Positions 62,135-64,000 of a DNA stretch of 64,000 nt are shown here, one piece after another; position 1 is the stretch's first letter; every line of letters starts with the position of its first letter. Location of the stretch: positions 13,888,001 to 13,952,000 of the forward strand of contig OX597839.1 of assembly GCA_951406725.2 (NCBI GenBank), given 5' to 3'. A model generated the notes under the pieces. It worked only from the letters and a program-made list of their open reading frames with translations. It did not search any database and was not told where the DNA came from. The translations under genes and the position numbers were made by a program. The stretch is from Octopus vulgaris (Eukaryota).

Positions 62135-62338
62135 TGTGTGTCTGTGTTTGACCCCACCTCCACCATTGCTTGAAAACCGATGCTGGCGTGTTTACCTCCC
62201 CATAAATTAGCGGTTCGACAAAAGAGACCAATAGAATAAGTACTAGGCTTACAAAGAATACGTCCTGGGGTCCTTTTGCTCAACTAAAGGCGATGCTCCA
62301 GCATGGCCGCAGTCAAATGACTGAAACAAGTAAAAGAA
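62130..62338 (+). mobile_element. SINE S1 3' half
   Basis: S1 tail present. Further degenerate S1 copies lie at about 62540-62910 and 63840-64000. Confidence 0.8.
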
Positions 62339-63081
62339 TTTATATATGTATACATATATATATACATATATATATGTATACGCGCGCAAGTGTTTGTGTT
62401 TTTGCATGTGTGTGTGTACAAATACATACAGATACATTTTACATAAACCCAAACGAAAATGACTGCATACATGAACAGGTTTATTTTAATCGAACTTTTT
62501 TTTCTTTATTTAAAATGAAGAAATTAAAAAACTTAACGACAGGCGTGGCCTCATGGTTTCGGTTTCAGTCCCACTCTGTGGCACCTTTGGGCAAGTGTCT
62601 CCTACGATAGCCTCGGGCCATGTGGCTGGATTTGTTAGTCGGAAACTGAAAGCAAACCGTTGTATAAATGTATACGTATATATCTATGTGCTTGTGTACT
62701 TTTTGTTAGTGTTAGACCCATCCCAACGGCTTGGCAACCGGGGTTGGTTTTCTTACATCCCCTAATCTAGCGGTTCGGCAGAAAAAGACCGATAAAATAA
62801 GTGCCAGGCGTAGAATAAGATAATAAGTACAGGGGTCGATTGTCTTTCGATTGAACACTTCAAGGTGGTGCTCCAGCATGGCCATACTCCATTGACTGAA
62901 ATAAGCGAAAGATGAGAGGTAAAAAATATATAACCATATAGACACTTATCTGAGATAAAAAAAACATATTTGGACTCGAACCACCGGTCTAAATTTTCCG
63001 GGTAGTTATGCGATAATTCTTTTTGTTTTTTGGGGGTTTTTTTACGATACATCGAGTTTTCGCCCTTTTTTAGGTAAAATT

Positions 63082-63660
63082 GTGGAGATGCATGGCTTAG
63101 TGGTTACGGTGTTTGTCTCATGACCATAAGATTGTGGTTTTGATTCCTAGACAGGGCAGTGCATTATGTTCTTGAGCAAAACACTTCATTCCATGTTGCT
63201 CCAGTCCACTCAGCTAATGGTTAGGATGTTGCACTCATGACTTCTAGATTGTGGTTTCAATTCCTGGACCGGGCAATACATTGTATTTTTGAGCAAAACA
63301 CTTCATTTCATGTTGATCCAGTCCACTGGTTAGGATGTTGCACTCATTACTTCTAGATTGTGGTTTCAAATCCTGGACTGGGCAGTGCATTGCATTCTTG
63401 AGCAAAACACTTCATTTCATGTTGATCCAGTCTACTCAGCTAATGGTTAGGATGTTGCACTCATGACTTCTAGATTGTGGTTTCAATTCCTGGACCGGGC
63501 AGTACATTGTGTTCTTGAGCAAAACACTTCATTTCATGTTGATCCAGTCCATTCAGCTGGTATAAAACAAATAATCCTGTGACGGACTAACGTCCAATCC
63601 AGGAAGGAATATATGCGGTAGTTAACCAGAAAATCAACCCTATGCCCCTTATGGAGTGAT
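63082..63660 (+). mobile_element. SINE with a four-fold tandem amplification of its tRNA-like head
   Basis: Units begin TGGTTA at 63101, 63218, 63327 and 63444. Confidence 0.82.
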
Positions 63661-64000
63661 ATGGACTAACCTTTAGCTAAAATTTGATTGCTCAATTTCC
63701 ATGATCATGGATATTTCGCAGGCCAGGTTACTTCATCTGTGCCTTTCCAATTTCAGTTTTGTGCTTATTTAGTGCATATTGAAGACGGATTAAAAAATGA
63801 AGAACCCCGCCCCCCCAAAAAAAAATTAATATATTATAGTCGTGTGTGGTAAGAGGTTTGCATTGCAATGACATGGTTCTGGGTTCAGGTTCATTGTCAG
63901 GTAGATATGGCAAGTGTATTCAATCATAGCGTCGGTTCGATCAAATCCTTGTGAGTGGATTTGGTAGACGGAAACTGAAAGAAGTCCGTAGTAATATGTG

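Noticed and set aside
63101-63560. CRISPR-like or tRNA gene array
   Set aside because: The units are contiguous SINE heads without unique spacers or a full cloverleaf, in a eukaryotic context.

Overview
This is repeat-dense, AT-rich eukaryotic DNA. The SINE and microsatellite complement suggests a cephalopod such as Octopus (an inference). I found no convincing host gene. Bases 1-31.9 kb and 55.4-64 kb hold (TA)n, (TG)n, (TATG)n and (TAA)n microsatellites, several tRNA-derived SINE families, a Penelope-like RT/GIY-YIG fragment, decayed Tc1 and maT transposons, MITEs, RTE and R4/Dong LINE fragments, and fold-back inverted repeats, several of which carry minimal hammerhead ribozyme motifs. The main structure is at 32.0-55.4 kb. 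A full-length Tx1/L1-clade LINE (A) sits in a (GATA)n microsatellite. It is followed by a 16.4-kb gap-free concatemer made of one near-intact Tx1-like LINE (B), two LINE 3' fragments and three divergent ORF1-only 'half-LINE' families (C, D, E). The half-LINEs have no EN/RT; C and D keep the LINE 3' stem-loop/AATAAA tail and E keeps part of it. The same tail ends a tRNA-SINE family in this window. Together this suggests a LINE / half-LINE / SINE system that uses one RT and builds arrays by serial template jumping or targeted re-insertion.
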